Below, in pieces: positions 63,185 through 64,000 of a stretch of DNA of 64,000 nucleotides (position 1 is its first letter; every line of letters starts with the position of its first letter). The DNA comes from Candidatus Bathyarchaeota archaeon (GTDB taxonomy: Archaea > Thermoproteota > Bathyarchaeia > Bathyarchaeales > Bathycorpusculaceae). The translations under genes and the position numbers were made by a program. The notes below the pieces were generated by a model that had not been told where the DNA came from, did not search any database, and saw only the letters and a list, made by a program, of their open reading frames with translations. The stretch spans positions 160,001 through 224,000 of the forward strand of contig CAWFFH010000004.1 in NCBI GenBank assembly GCA_963815095.1. Direction: 5' to 3'.

Positions 63185-64000
63185 ATGGTTGACACATATC
63201 ACTCCGACCAAGAAAAATTCTATTACGTGACCGAAGGCTCCTTCGGCGTTGTTCCAGCGACTCCAGCGATGCTTGGGCACTCCTGCAGCAACATTGACCC
63301 GGACATAAACCCAAACAACATCAGAGTTCCAGGAACAGGTTCAGTGGATGCGGTAGCGCTTAAACAAGGCTTAAGACAGCCCACGCTGCAATTGAAGTAT
63401 CCGATTCCTTCAGATGCACCAATTAATCTTTTGCAGTATGTTAAGCAGGAGCTAAACAACAGCCTCACCCTCCAGGTGCTCTACTACAAAGACATTTTCG
63501 CCACAGCAACCGACATCATAAGCCTACTCTATAAGGGCGCACGCTTCAACAATGCAACGCTCACATGCGACATAGACGGTCTTTTGGAGTGCGAAGCAGA
63601 ATTTCTAGCCCAAGACATCGAAGTAACCACAGCTAAAATCGCAGATGCAACCTACACCGATTATGCTGGCGCCGTTTCAGGCAGTGAAAGCTACGTCAAA
63701 ATAGGCGGTGTATCTTGTGAGCGGGTTACTTCTTGGAAACTTTCAGATTGACAACTCTTGCAAACCTGTCCCAGTCATCAGATCAGTCAATGGGCACTTA
63801 GCCAAGTACATCCCATGGGGCAAGCGTCTTCTAACTGGAGAATTGAACTTTGAGTTTGAAAGCAAACAAGAAGCCGACGACATTTTAGCCGACACAGAGC
63901 AATCCAGCTTAGAGTTTGGGCTTGGCGGAGCCAACAAAGTTAATGTTGCTTACGCAAAGTGGGATGATTTTTCTTTGAGCGGTAAATCTGAGGATTTGAT
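63185..64000 (+). CDS. Major tail tube protein, siphovirus-like (frameshift about 63740; truncated by window)
   Basis: YY.TE.SFG..P; two similar beta-rich halves (..LQLKY.. and ..SWKL.IDN..G.R.LTGELNFEF). Confidence 0.7.

Larger units (their letters stand above)
49055..64000 (+). mobile_element. Virus-derived element (provirus or domesticated tailed-particle gene cluster); left boundary approximate, runs past the window end
   Basis: Protease, capsid, portal, neck and tail-tube-like genes, plus HTH/Rep-like and RHH genes. Confidence 0.8.

Noticed and set aside
54480-63760. Programmed ribosomal frameshifting in kinase and virion genes
   Set aside because: Too many shifts, no consistent slippery sites, and they also hit a non-viral gene
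1-64000. CRISPR array, cas genes, rRNA, reverse transcriptase/DGR
   Set aside because: No regularly spaced repeats or diagnostic motifs seen by eye

Overview
Archaeal chromosomal window, most consistent with class Bathyarchaeia. Supporting markers are TiaS, archaeal-type AlaRS, a TFS paralogue, stand-alone Lrp/RAM domains and a PEF-type sorting signal; the taxonomy is inferred, not computed. Positions 1-49 kb hold housekeeping and accessory genes, including grpE-dnaK (divergent, no dnaJ), alaS, tiaS, pyrG, trmI, a Grs/Gms-like radical SAM, rubrerythrin, citrate synthase and tRNA-Val(GAC). They also hold an orphan nuclease, a DUF2400 + T7-endonuclease-I-like fusion and a candidate box C/D guide RNA for 23S Gm2251. 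From about 49 kb to the window end lies a virus-derived element. It carries a wHTH/Rep-like gene, a CheB-CheR-PAS-GAF-histidine kinase cargo gene and an RHH switch with tandem operators. It also carries a compact tailed-particle module in unusual order: protease, cement, capsid, portal, adaptor, an alpha/alpha-barrel fused to head closure, tail terminator and tail tube. No terminase or integrase is visible in the window. This region is full of single-base indels, so its proteins were reconstructed by eye across frames. All family calls come from motif recognition without database searches.
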